Positions 17,795-26,656 of a DNA stretch of 32,000 nt are shown here, one piece after another. Both the position numbers and the translations under genes were made by a program. The stretch comes from Pseudoalteromonas translucida KMM 520 (GTDB lineage: Bacteria > Pseudomonadota > Gammaproteobacteria > Enterobacterales > Alteromonadaceae): contig NZ_CP011034.1 in assembly GCF_001465295.1 (NCBI RefSeq), positions 2,430,001 through 2,462,000 on the forward strand, written 5' to 3'. Numbering within the stretch: position 1 is the stretch's first letter; the number at the start of each line of letters is the position of its first letter. Below the pieces are notes generated by a model. It had not been told where the DNA came from and made no database searches. It was given only the letters and a program-made list of their open reading frames with translations.

Positions 17795-17850
17795 GAAAAA
17801 CAGCCAGATCATGATACTGACATTATATAACAGTAATAAGGCGAGTTAAC

Positions 17851-18831
17851 ATGGCACAAGCAGAATTTGATAGTCAGGCATTTAGACAGGCGTTGGGTAG
17901 TTTTACTACTGGCGTAACAATTATTACTGCCACCGCTCCAGATGGCACCCCTGTTGGTCTTACCGCAAACAGCTTTAATTCTGTTTCGTTAGACCCACCT
18001 ATGGTGCTATGGAGTTTGGCAAAAACCTCTCTTAGTGTGGCTGCCTTTAGCGAGGCCGAGCACTGGAACGTTCATGTTCTCTCGCAGCACCAACAAGAGC
18101 TGTCAAATAAATTTGCCGCAAAAGGCGAAGATAAATTTAATGACACTAATCTCGAAGCGGGGATTAGCTCTGCACCACTTATTGCCGACTGTAGCGCGCG
18201 TTTTCAATGTCGTAATATGGTAACGCACGATGGGGGTGATCATCTTATTTTTATAGGTGAAGTGCTGGGGTTTGATCATCAAGCTCTACCGCCACTGGTG
18301 TTTCAGCAAGGTCAATACGCAATGACTGCACGTAAACCTTGGGCAGCGGTTAACTTATCTAGTGAGCCTACAGCGCCACAGTGCAGCTACAACGAAGATT
18401 TACTAGGTTACTTGCTTGGGCGTTCACATTTTCAAATGCTGTACCGTATGCGTAAAGTACTCGATGAGCAAGCGCTGGAAGATTCACACTTTTTTGCATT
18501 ATCGGTATTAAATATTCAGCAAAATCTGAGTTTAGAGCAGCTAAATACCCACCTTGATTATACCGGTCACAGTGTCAATCTTGAAGATATGGCCTTTTTA
18601 GAAAAGCAGGATCTTATTTGCCAAAAAAGCGAAGACAATTACCAACTTACCACCGCTGGGCGAGAAACCTCACTACACCATATTGCGCAAGCAAAAGTAA
18701 TTGAAGAAGAGCTCATTACAGAGCTTGGTGCAGGCGACGTAATGGCATTAAAGCTATTACTTAAACGCCTTATTCATCAAACCGATCCTGGCTTACCTGA
18801 TCTTTGGTCAACAGAGGATAAAAGCGCATGA
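17851..18831 (+). CDS. Fusion protein: N-terminal HpaC/HsaB-type flavin reductase domain plus C-terminal MarR-like winged-helix domain
   Basis: 326 aa. Residues ~8-160 read FRQALGSFTTGVTIITA...GLTANSFNSVSLDPPMVLWSL...GGDHLIFIGEVLGF...PLVFQQGQY, a classic flavin-reductase fold. Residues ~180-320 read LLGYLLGRSHFQMLYRMRKVLDEQ...FFALSVL...LSLEQLNTHL...LEKQDLI...QLTTAGRE...EEELITELGAGDVMALKLLLKRL, following the MarR helix pattern. The stop overlaps the next start (ATGA at 18828-18831). Confidence 0.75.
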   Translation: MAQAEFDSQAFRQALGSFTTGVTIITATAPDGTPVGLTANSFNSVSLDPPMVLWSLAKTSLSVAAFSEAEHWNVHVLSQHQQELSNKFAAKGEDKFNDTNLEAGISSAPLIADCSARFQCRNMVTHDGGDHLIFIGEVLGFDHQALPPLVFQQGQYAMTARKPWAAVNLSSEPTAPQCSYNEDLLGYLLGRSHFQMLYRMRKVLDEQALEDSHFFALSVLNIQQNLSLEQLNTHLDYTGHSVNLEDMAFLEKQDLICQKSEDNYQLTTAGRETSLHHIAQAKVIEEELITELGAGDVMALKLLLKRLIHQTDPGLPDLWSTEDKSA

Positions 18832-19616
18832 GCGAACTACATCAGCATTTAGCACAAATTCTTTATGATGCGCAGCAACAGCGCACAGCTATTGCGCCAT
18901 TAATTAAAAATAACCCTGAGCTTACAATCGACGATGCCTATCAAGTGTCGTTAAAAACACTGGCAATACGTACTCAGGCTGGCGAAAAAATTATTGGTAA
19001 AAAGATTGGTGTTACCAGCGAAGCAGTGCAAAAAATGCTTAATGTGCATCAGCCCGACTTTGGCTTTTTAACCAACACTATGCACCACCCTGATGGCAGT
19101 AATATTAGCCTTAAAAAATCACATTTAATTCAACCACGCGCCGAAGGCGAAATTGCGTTTTGCCTAAAACACGACTTACAAGGCCCAAACGTTACCGCAG
19201 AGCAAGTGCTTGCTGCGACTGACTGGGTGGCACCGTGTTTTGAAATTGTTGATTCGCGTATCGAAAACTGGCAAATCACCATAGTTGATACCGTGGCCGA
19301 TAACGCCTCATGCGGGGTATTTGTAATTGGTGATAAACATACCGACCCTAGCACGCTCGATTTAGCTGCAGCCACTATGGTAGTTAAACACAATGGTAAA
19401 CAAGCGGTAACCGGTGTGGGCTCAGCAGTACAAGGGCACCCTGCGCAAGCAGTTGCGTGGCTGGCAAATACGCTAGGCGAGTACGGTATAGAGTTTAAAA
19501 AAGGCGAAATTATTCTGTCGGGAGCACTGGCTCCTTTAATAGATGCTAACAGCGGCGATCATTTTAGTATGGAGATCGAAGGTCTCGGTTCATGCTCTGT
19601 CAGCTTTTGCGATTAA
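18828..19616 (+). CDS. dmpE: 2-oxopent-4-enoate / 2-hydroxyhexa-2,4-dienoate hydratase (MhpD/DmpE/TesE/HsaE family)
   Basis: 262 aa. Family-typical features include GKKIGVTS, QPRAEGEIAF, and gene order upstream of the acetaldehyde DH and aldolase. Confidence 0.85.
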   Translation: MSELHQHLAQILYDAQQQRTAIAPLIKNNPELTIDDAYQVSLKTLAIRTQAGEKIIGKKIGVTSEAVQKMLNVHQPDFGFLTNTMHHPDGSNISLKKSHLIQPRAEGEIAFCLKHDLQGPNVTAEQVLAATDWVAPCFEIVDSRIENWQITIVDTVADNASCGVFVIGDKHTDPSTLDLAAATMVVKHNGKQAVTGVGSAVQGHPAQAVAWLANTLGEYGIEFKKGEIILSGALAPLIDANSGDHFSMEIEGLGSCSVSFCD

Positions 19617-19640
19617 CAGTTAACCCACGAGGGAAGTAAC

Positions 19641-20543
19641 ATGAAAAAGATTAAATGCGCCCTGATCGGTTCAGGAAACATTGGTACTGACTTACTTTAT
19701 AAGCTTAAACGCAGTGAGATATTAGAACCTGTTTGGATGGTAGGCATAGACCCAGATTCAGAAGGCTTAGCGCGCGCACGCGAATTAGGTATTAAAACCA
19801 CCGCTGAGGGTATCGATGGCTTAATACCGCATATTGAAGCCGATGAAATCAAAATTGCTTTTGATGCAACCTCAGCCTACGTGCATGGTGAAAACTCAGC
19901 TAAAGTGAATGCAAAAGGCGTGTTAATGATAGATTTAACCCCGGCGGCTATTGGCCCTTTTTGCGTGCCTCCGGTTAACTTAAATCAACTTAATGCTGAT
20001 ATTAAAAACGTTAACATGGTGACCTGTGGCGGCCAAGCAACTATTCCTATGGTTGCTGCGGTATCTCGCGTACAACCAGTTGAGTATGGTGAAATTGTTG
20101 CCACTGTTTCATCTAAATCGGTAGGCCCAGGTACACGCCAAAATATTGATGAATTTACTCGCACTACCTCAGGCGCAGTGGAGCAAATTGGTGGCGCTAA
20201 AAAAGGCAAAGCCATTATTATAATTAACCCTGCTGAGCCACCATTATTAATGCGCGACACCATCCATTGTTTAACCGAAACAGAGCCAGATCAAGCCGCT
20301 ATCACTGCATCTGTGCATGAAATGATTGCTGAAGTACAAAAGTATGTTCCTGGTTATAAACTAAAAAATGGCCCGGTGTTCGATGGTCGTAAAGTGTCTA
20401 TATTTTTAGAGGTTGAAGGTTTGGGCGATTACTTGCCTAAATATGCCGGTAACCTTGACATAATGACCGCGTCTGCCGCGCGTACTGCAGAAATGTTTGC
20501 ACTACAAATGCTAGGTCAATCGCCATCAGATAGTCAATCTTAA
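19641..20543 (+). CDS. dmpF: Acetaldehyde dehydrogenase (acylating) (DmpF/MhpF/TesF/HsaG family)
   Basis: 300 aa. RBS GAGGGAAG is present. N-terminal [17 protein letters not shown], the catalytic Cys region [11 protein letters not shown], and gene order all fit the family. Confidence 0.92.
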   Translation: MKKIKCALIGSGNIGTDLLYKLKRSEILEPVWMVGIDPDSEGLARARELGIKTTAEGIDGLIPHIEADEIKIAFDATSAYVHGENSAKVNAKGVLMIDLTPAAIGPFCVPPVNLNQLNADIKNVNMVTCGGQATIPMVAAVSRVQPVEYGEIVATVSSKSVGPGTRQNIDEFTRTTSGAVEQIGGAKKGKAIIIINPAEPPLLMRDTIHCLTETEPDQAAITASVHEMIAEVQKYVPGYKLKNGPVFDGRKVSIFLEVEGLGDYLPKYAGNLDIMTASAARTAEMFALQMLGQSPSDSQS

Positions 20544-20554
20544 GGAGTAATATC

Positions 20555-21589
20555 ATGGATTTAAAAGGTAAAAAAGTTACCCTGCACGATATGTCATTAC
20601 GTGATGGTATGCATGCTAAGCAACATCAAATTAGCTTAGATGAAATGGTGTCTATTGCCACTGGCTTAGATCAAGCGGGCATTCCTTTAATTGAGGTTAC
20701 CCATGGCGACGGTTTAGGCGGCTCTTCACTTAATTATGGTTTCCCGGCTCATACCGATGAAGAATACCTAAGTGCTGTAGTGCCTAAAATGACCCAAGCT
20801 AAAGTCTCGGCGTTATTAATTCCGGGCATAGGAACGGTTGATCACTTAAAAATGGCTTATGATCATGGCGTAAGTACTATTCGAGTGGCTACTCACTGTA
20901 CTGAAGCCGACGTTTCAGAGCAGCATATTAGTGCAGCGCGTAAAATGGGTTTAGATACCGTTGGCTTTTTAATGATGGCACATATGATCAGCCCAGAGGA
21001 GCTACTTGCACAGGCTAAATTAATGGAGTCTTACGGTGCTAACTGTATTTACTGTACGGATTCTGCTGGTTACATGTTGCCCGACGACGTAAGCACCCGC
21101 ATTGCGTTACTGCGCAGCGAGCTTAACAGCGAGACCGAAATTGGCTTTCATGGCCATCATAATTTAGGCATGAGTATTCCAAATTCGCTGGCGGCAATCG
21201 AAATGGGCGCTAATCGCATCGATGGTTCGGTGGCAGGTTTAGGCGCTGGTGCCGGTAATACGCCCTTGGAAGTATTTACCGCAGTACTTGATCGTATGGC
21301 TGTTAATCATGGTATTGATTTATATAAAATTATGGATGTTGCTGAAGACTTAGTCATGCCAATGATGGATCAACCTATTCGTATTGACAGAAACTCGTTA
21401 ACTTTGGGTTATGCCGGTGTTTATTCGTCATTTTTATTATTTGCAGAACGCGCCGAGAAAAAATACGGTGTACCTGCACGTGATATTTTACTTGAACTCG
21501 GGCGCTTAAAAACCGTAGGCGGACAAGAGGATATGATAGACGATACCGCAATGACTATGGCTAAGGCCTTAAAGGCGGCGAAAGCTTGA
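20555..21589 (+). CDS. dmpG: 4-hydroxy-2-oxovalerate aldolase (DmpG/MhpE/TesG/HsaF family)
   Basis: 344 aa. RBS AAGGAG is present. Visible motifs are [24 protein letters not shown], and the HGHHNLG metal site. Confidence 0.92.
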   Translation: MDLKGKKVTLHDMSLRDGMHAKQHQISLDEMVSIATGLDQAGIPLIEVTHGDGLGGSSLNYGFPAHTDEEYLSAVVPKMTQAKVSALLIPGIGTVDHLKMAYDHGVSTIRVATHCTEADVSEQHISAARKMGLDTVGFLMMAHMISPEELLAQAKLMESYGANCIYCTDSAGYMLPDDVSTRIALLRSELNSETEIGFHGHHNLGMSIPNSLAAIEMGANRIDGSVAGLGAGAGNTPLEVFTAVLDRMAVNHGIDLYKIMDVAEDLVMPMMDQPIRIDRNSLTLGYAGVYSSFLLFAERAEKKYGVPARDILLELGRLKTVGGQEDMIDDTAMTMAKALKAAKA

Positions 21590-22899
21590 ACATAAAAAAA
21601 TCTAATTGGCGCCAACATGCTTTATTGTTGGTGCTTACTTTATTTTATATAGAAAGTTTTGTTGGGCGACAAATTATGGCGGTGATGATTGAACCCATCA
21701 AAGCTGAATTTGGTGCCTCAGATGCGCAAATGGGCTTATTAACCGGCCTAGGTTTTGCCATTGTATTTACTTTAACCGGTTTATCGGCCGGCAGACTTGC
21801 TGACAAAGTTAGCCGAACACGCTTGTTAGCCGCCAGCGCATTAGTGTGGGGCATTATTACAGCACTTAGCGGCATAACTGCAGGCTTTATTAGTTTACTA
21901 ATAATGCGTATGTTGGTGGCAGTAGCTGAAGCCCCGCTTACTTCAGCCTCTTTATCGTTACTGTCGGACAGTTACCCGGTTGAGCGACGCTCATTTGCGA
22001 TTAGCTGTTTTACCTCTGGTGCTACCTTTGCCGCCATTATTGCACTTACCTTAGGGGCATATTGGGTAGAGCTGTATGGATGGCGAGAAACCTTTTTTAT
22101 TATTTCCACCCCCGCTTTGTTTATTTCTTTTTTGCTGTTTTTTGTGATGCCCGAGCCTAAACGCGGTCAATACGATGATGCCATTAGCTCTCCAACTTCG
22201 CCGCTGCAGCCTGTACTAGCCACAGGTTTTAGAGCATCAACAAAAGCATTGTTAAAACGCAAAGACTACCGACTACTGGTTTGCTCAAGCGCCATTGCAA
22301 CGTTAGGCGCAAATGCGTTTGGCATGTGGAATGCCACTTTTTTAGTACGCAGCCACGACTTAACACTTAGCCAAGCAGGCATGATGGCAGGCTTTTTTGG
22401 CGGCGGTGCGGCGGCAATTGGAATACTTTCTAGTGGTTATTTGGCCGATAGAATCGCCAGACGCAAAGGTGTTTTATGGCTACCTATACTGGGCCATATA
22501 CTGGGGTGGGTATTTATTGTTATATATTTTTTATGGCCTAAAGGCTTAGGCGATGACCTATTTTTTGCTGGTATTCCGTTTGCTATGCTGTTTTGCACCT
22601 TAGCGAGTTTCTTTTCTGTATGGTGGGTTAGCCCTTGTCTCACATTACTCACTTCAATTGTACCGGGCACTCAGCGGGCATTGGCTATTTCAATGCAAAC
22701 CGTGCTGATTACTTTTTTAGGCATAGGTGTTGGGCCTATGTTGGTGGGCGTGCTTAGTGAAGTATTTAGCGAGGTGGCCGGTGTTGAATCCCTACGTTAT
22801 GCTTTACTTATTAGTACGAGTACAACATTAATATCGGTATTTTTACTGTTTAAATTAAAATCTTATCAAGCAAAGCAACTCATAAAAAAAATTCAGTAA
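21586..22899 (+). CDS. MFS transporter (paralog 2), last gene of the lower-pathway operon
   Basis: 437 aa. The TTG start overlaps the aldolase stop (gcTTGA). The TTG is supported because paralog homology to the MFS at 10902 extends upstream of the first internal ATG. About 12 TM segments are visible. Confidence 0.82.
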   Translation: MNIKKSNWRQHALLLVLTLFYIESFVGRQIMAVMIEPIKAEFGASDAQMGLLTGLGFAIVFTLTGLSAGRLADKVSRTRLLAASALVWGIITALSGITAGFISLLIMRMLVAVAEAPLTSASLSLLSDSYPVERRSFAISCFTSGATFAAIIALTLGAYWVELYGWRETFFIISTPALFISFLLFFVMPEPKRGQYDDAISSPTSPLQPVLATGFRASTKALLKRKDYRLLVCSSAIATLGANAFGMWNATFLVRSHDLTLSQAGMMAGFFGGGAAAIGILSSGYLADRIARRKGVLWLPILGHILGWVFIVIYFLWPKGLGDDLFFAGIPFAMLFCTLASFFSVWWVSPCLTLLTSIVPGTQRALAISMQTVLITFLGIGVGPMLVGVLSEVFSEVAGVESLRYALLISTSTTLISVFLLFKLKSYQAKQLIKKIQ

Positions 22900-22946
22900 A
22901 TTAAATTTTTTTAATTACTATTAACCAATAATGCTAGGAGTTTATT

Positions 22947-23714
22947 ATGTCAGTTACCGCAGTTACAGGTTCAGCATCAGGGATTGGCGCCGCCGTTTGT
23001 GAAAAACTACGCGCAGCAGGTCATACCGTGATCGGCATAGACCGCCATCAAGCCGAGGTTAATGCCGATTTATCATCTCCCGAAGGTCGCGCTAATGCCG
23101 CAGAGCAAGTTATCAAATTAGCCAATGGCAAGCTAGATGGCCTAGTTTGTTGTGCGGGCCTTGGCGTTACCGCACCAAGTAGCAGTTTAGTGGTTTCGGT
23201 TAATTATTTTGGCTCAACCGAGTTAATTGAATTACTCCAACCTGCACTCGCTAAAGGTGAGCAGCCAGCTATTACCGTTATTGGCTCAGTGGCCGCTAGT
23301 CAACAAGTGGCAGATCCACACCCTATTATTGAGTTAATGCTCAACAATGACGAGCCAGCCGCTCGCGCACTGGCAGATGAGCTTGGCCAACCACAAATAG
23401 CCTATTCGGCGTCAAAATACGCGCTCACTGTGTATTGTCGTCGTTTAGCCGTTAAAATGGGAAGTACCGGCGTGCGTATTAACCTAGTTGCGCCCGGTGC
23501 AATTGAAACTCCACTGCACGAAGCCTCTAAGCAAGATCCACGTTTTGGCGAAGCCGTACGTAACTTTGTTGCGCCTATTGGTCGCAATGGTCAGCCAAGT
23601 GAAATTGCCGATGCGGTCAGTTTTTTACAATCAGCCCAAGCCTCATTTGTACATGGCAGCATTATTTATGTAGATGGTGGTATGGACGCCATGATGCGCA
23701 GTGGCAAGTTTTAA
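22947..23714 (+). CDS. hsdA: 3alpha-hydroxysteroid dehydrogenase/carbonyl reductase-like SDR
   Basis: 255 aa. RBS TAGGAG is present. From memory it is co-linear with Comamonas testosteroni 3alpha-HSD/CR: VTGSASGIGAA...GHTVIGID...ADLS.PEGR...LDGLVCCAGLG...VSVNYFG...YSASKYALTV...APGAIETPL...DPRFGE...VHGSIIYVDGGMDAMMR..KF. This recollection needs an alignment to confirm. Confidence 0.7.
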   Translation: MSVTAVTGSASGIGAAVCEKLRAAGHTVIGIDRHQAEVNADLSSPEGRANAAEQVIKLANGKLDGLVCCAGLGVTAPSSSLVVSVNYFGSTELIELLQPALAKGEQPAITVIGSVAASQQVADPHPIIELMLNNDEPAARALADELGQPQIAYSASKYALTVYCRRLAVKMGSTGVRINLVAPGAIETPLHEASKQDPRFGEAVRNFVAPIGRNGQPSEIADAVSFLQSAQASFVHGSIIYVDGGMDAMMRSGKF

Positions 23715-23827
23715 ACACTAAATAACCTGAGCTCCGGATAATAAACTTATCTCAACCAGCTATTTTCAGCGCTAACTGCGTTGAATTTTCTTGCAATAGG
23801 CCAGTTATTGACGTGTAAATTCGCCTT

Positions 23828-23842
23828 GTTTTCACTGAAAAC
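23828..23842. promoter_or_regulatory. Perfect 7+7 palindrome GTTTTCA-c-TGAAAAC upstream of the second KstD-family gene
   Basis: Inverted repeat seen directly in the sequence. It lies about 100 nt upstream of the ATG at 23940, in a 225-nt non-coding gap. Confidence 0.35.
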
Positions 23843-23939
23843 CTCTGGCTAGAGAAAATAAAATTAAATATAACGATGATTCAATACGTTAGTAAATCTC
23901 TTAACCAGAGTTCAGATTAAATACTTATAAGGATATACC

Positions 23940-25445
23940 ATGAACCCAATACTGAGCACACACAAAGTTCGCGCTTTTGAATCGATTAGTCACTTTGATA
24001 TTAGCACCGACGTACTTGTGTGTGGTTATGGCGGCGCAGGAGCCGCCGCCGCATTAGAAGCTACAACCTTAGGTGCTAAGGTTACTATTTTAGAACGTGC
24101 CAGCGCTGGGGGTGGCTCGACTGCATTATCTAGTTGTGAAATGTATTTAGGCGGCAGTGGCGGCACCGCATTACAAAAAGAGTTAGGTGTAGAAGATAGC
24201 ACCGAAAACATGCTGGCTTATTTACGCGAAGCACTTGGCCCGTATGGCGATGAAGATAAAATGCGTTGCTATGCACAAGGCGCTGCAGGACATTTTGATT
24301 GGGTTGAATCTCTTGGTGTACCCTATAAACGCGCAGCCTTTTTAGAGCGTACAGTAGTGCCACTCAGTGATGAGTCGTTATTATTTACCGGTAATGAAAA
24401 AGCTCACCCTTTTAATGCCATTGCTAAGCCCGTTCCACGCGGTCACGTGCCCTCTAAAGTGGGCGACGAAGGCGGTAAAATATTTATGGATGCCATAATG
24501 CAGCGCATAGCAGCTGCGGGCGCTGAGGTAATTAATGATTGTCGCGCTATTGCTTTATTAGTAGGTAAAGATAATCGTGTTTGCGGCGTAATTGCTAAAC
24601 GCGACAACCGAGAAATTGCGATTCGCGCAACTCGTGGTGTGGTATTAGCCACTGGCGGCTTTGTAATGAACGACACCATGACACGCCAATATATGCCTGA
24701 TCTACTTGAGTATTGCGTACCTTATGGCAACACCTTCGATATGGGGGATGGTATTCAATTAGGCCAAGCGGTCGGCGGGCAAACTATCAATATGGAACAG
24801 GCTTTTATGTCGTTTCCGCTCTATCCACCAGCAAAGCTAACCTACGGAATTTTACTGAATAAACACGGTCAGCGTTATATAAATGAAGATGCGTATTTAG
24901 CCAGGCTGGCGCATTATTCTTGCCAACAAGCTGAGCAAAAGTTTTATTTATTAGTACAAGAAGAGGATTTTGAGGCGTCACATTATTTACAACGTGCAGC
25001 CATTGTTGCCACTGGCGATAGCATAGCAGAAGTTGCCAGTGAAGCGTCCTTCCCGGCCGGTATGCTTGAGCAAACTGTTAGCTACTTCAATCAGCACGCC
25101 AGCAATAAACAAGACCCACTATTTCATAAAACCGCCGAGTGGCTAAAACCGTTAAACAAGCCCCCTTTTGCCTTATTAGAATACTCTGCAAGTGAAATGA
25201 CAGCTGTAATTATGCCTGGTACAAAAGGTCCGCTGATATTTACGCTTGGTGGGCTAAAAACACTCACTACGGGTGAAGTGGTTAATTTAGACAATGAAGT
25301 AATAAGTGGACTTTATGCTGCTGGTCGAGCAACCGCGGGATTACCACGCACAGCCAAGGGATATGCCAGTGGTATGTCGGTTGGAGATGCCACTTTTTTT
25401 GGCAGACTCGCTGGGCGCAGCGCCGCTAAGCACCTGCCAATTTAA
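23940..25445 (+). CDS. KstD/fumarate-reductase-family FAD flavoprotein; candidate 3-oxo-5alpha-steroid Delta4-dehydrogenase (TesI-like)
   Basis: 501 aa. RBS AAGGAT is present. The FAD fold reads DVLVCGYGGAGAAAALEA...ILERASAGGGSTALSS, with C-terminal GLYAAGR. It is clearly distinct from, and shorter than, the kstD at 6150-7874. Confidence 0.6.
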   Translation: MNPILSTHKVRAFESISHFDISTDVLVCGYGGAGAAAALEATTLGAKVTILERASAGGGSTALSSCEMYLGGSGGTALQKELGVEDSTENMLAYLREALGPYGDEDKMRCYAQGAAGHFDWVESLGVPYKRAAFLERTVVPLSDESLLFTGNEKAHPFNAIAKPVPRGHVPSKVGDEGGKIFMDAIMQRIAAAGAEVINDCRAIALLVGKDNRVCGVIAKRDNREIAIRATRGVVLATGGFVMNDTMTRQYMPDLLEYCVPYGNTFDMGDGIQLGQAVGGQTINMEQAFMSFPLYPPAKLTYGILLNKHGQRYINEDAYLARLAHYSCQQAEQKFYLLVQEEDFEASHYLQRAAIVATGDSIAEVASEASFPAGMLEQTVSYFNQHASNKQDPLFHKTAEWLKPLNKPPFALLEYSASEMTAVIMPGTKGPLIFTLGGLKTLTTGEVVNLDNEVISGLYAAGRATAGLPRTAKGYASGMSVGDATFFGRLAGRSAAKHLPI

Positions 25446-25482
25446 CCTCGAAAAATAAACACGCCCTAGTACTTAATTTAAC

Positions 25483-25516
25483 AACCGTTATAGCGAACAG
25501 CGTAACGGTTTAATTT
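25483..25516 (+). terminator. Possible terminator of the 23940-25445 gene
   Basis: AACCGTTA (25483-25490) pairs with TAACGGTT (25503-25510) around a 12-nt loop, followed by TAATTT. The loop is large and the T-tract weak. Confidence 0.4.
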
Positions 25517-25639
25517 ACTTATTCTGCTTAGGCAATAAATCACCGCATTAAAAGCAAGTCTATTAAGTGCATGCTATAGATTAAAAATTAGCAGATTGAA
25601 ATGTCGTGTAGAGGTTGGTAAGTATTAATGGCAGATATA

Positions 25640-25670
25640 AAAAACAGCAGCTGGTTAATTTAAGCTGCTG
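25640..25670 (-). terminator. Rho-independent terminator of the aldolase-II / TauD operon
   Basis: CAGCAGCT (25645-25652) pairs with AGCTGCTG (25663-25670) around a 10-nt loop. On the minus strand it is followed by TTTTTTATATC. Confidence 0.6.
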
Positions 25671-25690
25671 CAATTGATGTATTGTATAAG

Positions 25691-26617
25691 TTATTCTGTT
25701 TTTAACACACGGCCAAGCGTTATATCGCCTTCAATGGTGGTGCGGTTAATAACGCGATTGATCCCAGGCTTAGTGCCGGTAGTGCAGTGCATTGCACGCC
25801 AGTTATCCCACAGTACCATGTCGCCTTCGCGCCACTTATGAAAGTAAGTAAATTCCGGCTTTTGTACATGCGCAACTAGTCGCTCAAGTAGCTCTATAGA
25901 TTCATCATTCGATAAACCAAATTGCTGCGGAGTAACAACTCTATCTAAAAACTGCTCTACCACCTCTAGCACTTTACGACCACTGATCGGGTGCGTAACT
26001 ACCATAGGGTAAGCTGCGTCAGAAAAGTCAGGAAAGCCAATATCGGTTGGTTTTGTTGGGCTGTTAGGGCCTGGCTCATAACCGTCTAAGTTAACGTAGC
26101 GCATATGGCGACGCTGCATACTAAAGCTGTAAACTACTTCTAGCTGTTCAATTAAAGCTTTAGTGTCGTCGTCTAGTGCATCGTACGCTTTTGCTAAATC
26201 GCCAAAACCGGTCATGCCATCTTCTGCTGCTACCACCACAGCACGTAATAAGGCACCATGATTTGGACGCGCTGTATAATGCAAATCCATGTGCCAATCT
26301 AACCGACCCACAATTTCTTCGCCTTTATAAAACGCAGTTTGAAACTTATCCATAGGACCACCATTTTGTAGCACAAATAACTCTGGATACTTATCACTGG
26401 TAGTAACTTTTAACGGATGTAATTCTAACGGGCCAAAAATGCGACTAAACTCAATTTGCTTTTCAGGGCTAATATCCTGATCTCGAAACACTAAAATAGC
26501 GTGTTCGTACCATAGTGCTTTAAGTTCAGCTTTTATTTCATCGGTAAGTGGCTCGTTAATATCGAAACCCGACACCTCTACGCCAACATTATCAAGCGGA
26601 GTTACTGTAAGCTTCAT
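25691..26617 (-). CDS. TauD/TfdA-family Fe(II)/2-oxoglutarate-dependent dioxygenase
   Basis: 308 aa. RBS GAAGGAA is present. The facial triad and 2OG motifs are intact: WHMDLHY (HxD), GMTGFGD, LWDNWRAMHCT (distal His), RVINRTTI (Arg). Confidence 0.85.
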   Translation of the reverse strand: MKLTVTPLDNVGVEVSGFDINEPLTDEIKAELKALWYEHAILVFRDQDISPEKQIEFSRIFGPLELHPLKVTTSDKYPELFVLQNGGPMDKFQTAFYKGEEIVGRLDWHMDLHYTARPNHGALLRAVVVAAEDGMTGFGDLAKAYDALDDDTKALIEQLEVVYSFSMQRRHMRYVNLDGYEPGPNSPTKPTDIGFPDFSDAAYPMVVTHPISGRKVLEVVEQFLDRVVTPQQFGLSNDESIELLERLVAHVQKPEFTYFHKWREGDMVLWDNWRAMHCTTGTKPGINRVINRTTIEGDITLGRVLKTE

Positions 26618-26656
26618 TTTTTATTCCTTCTACTTAGCTAAGTGAATCCGACAAAT

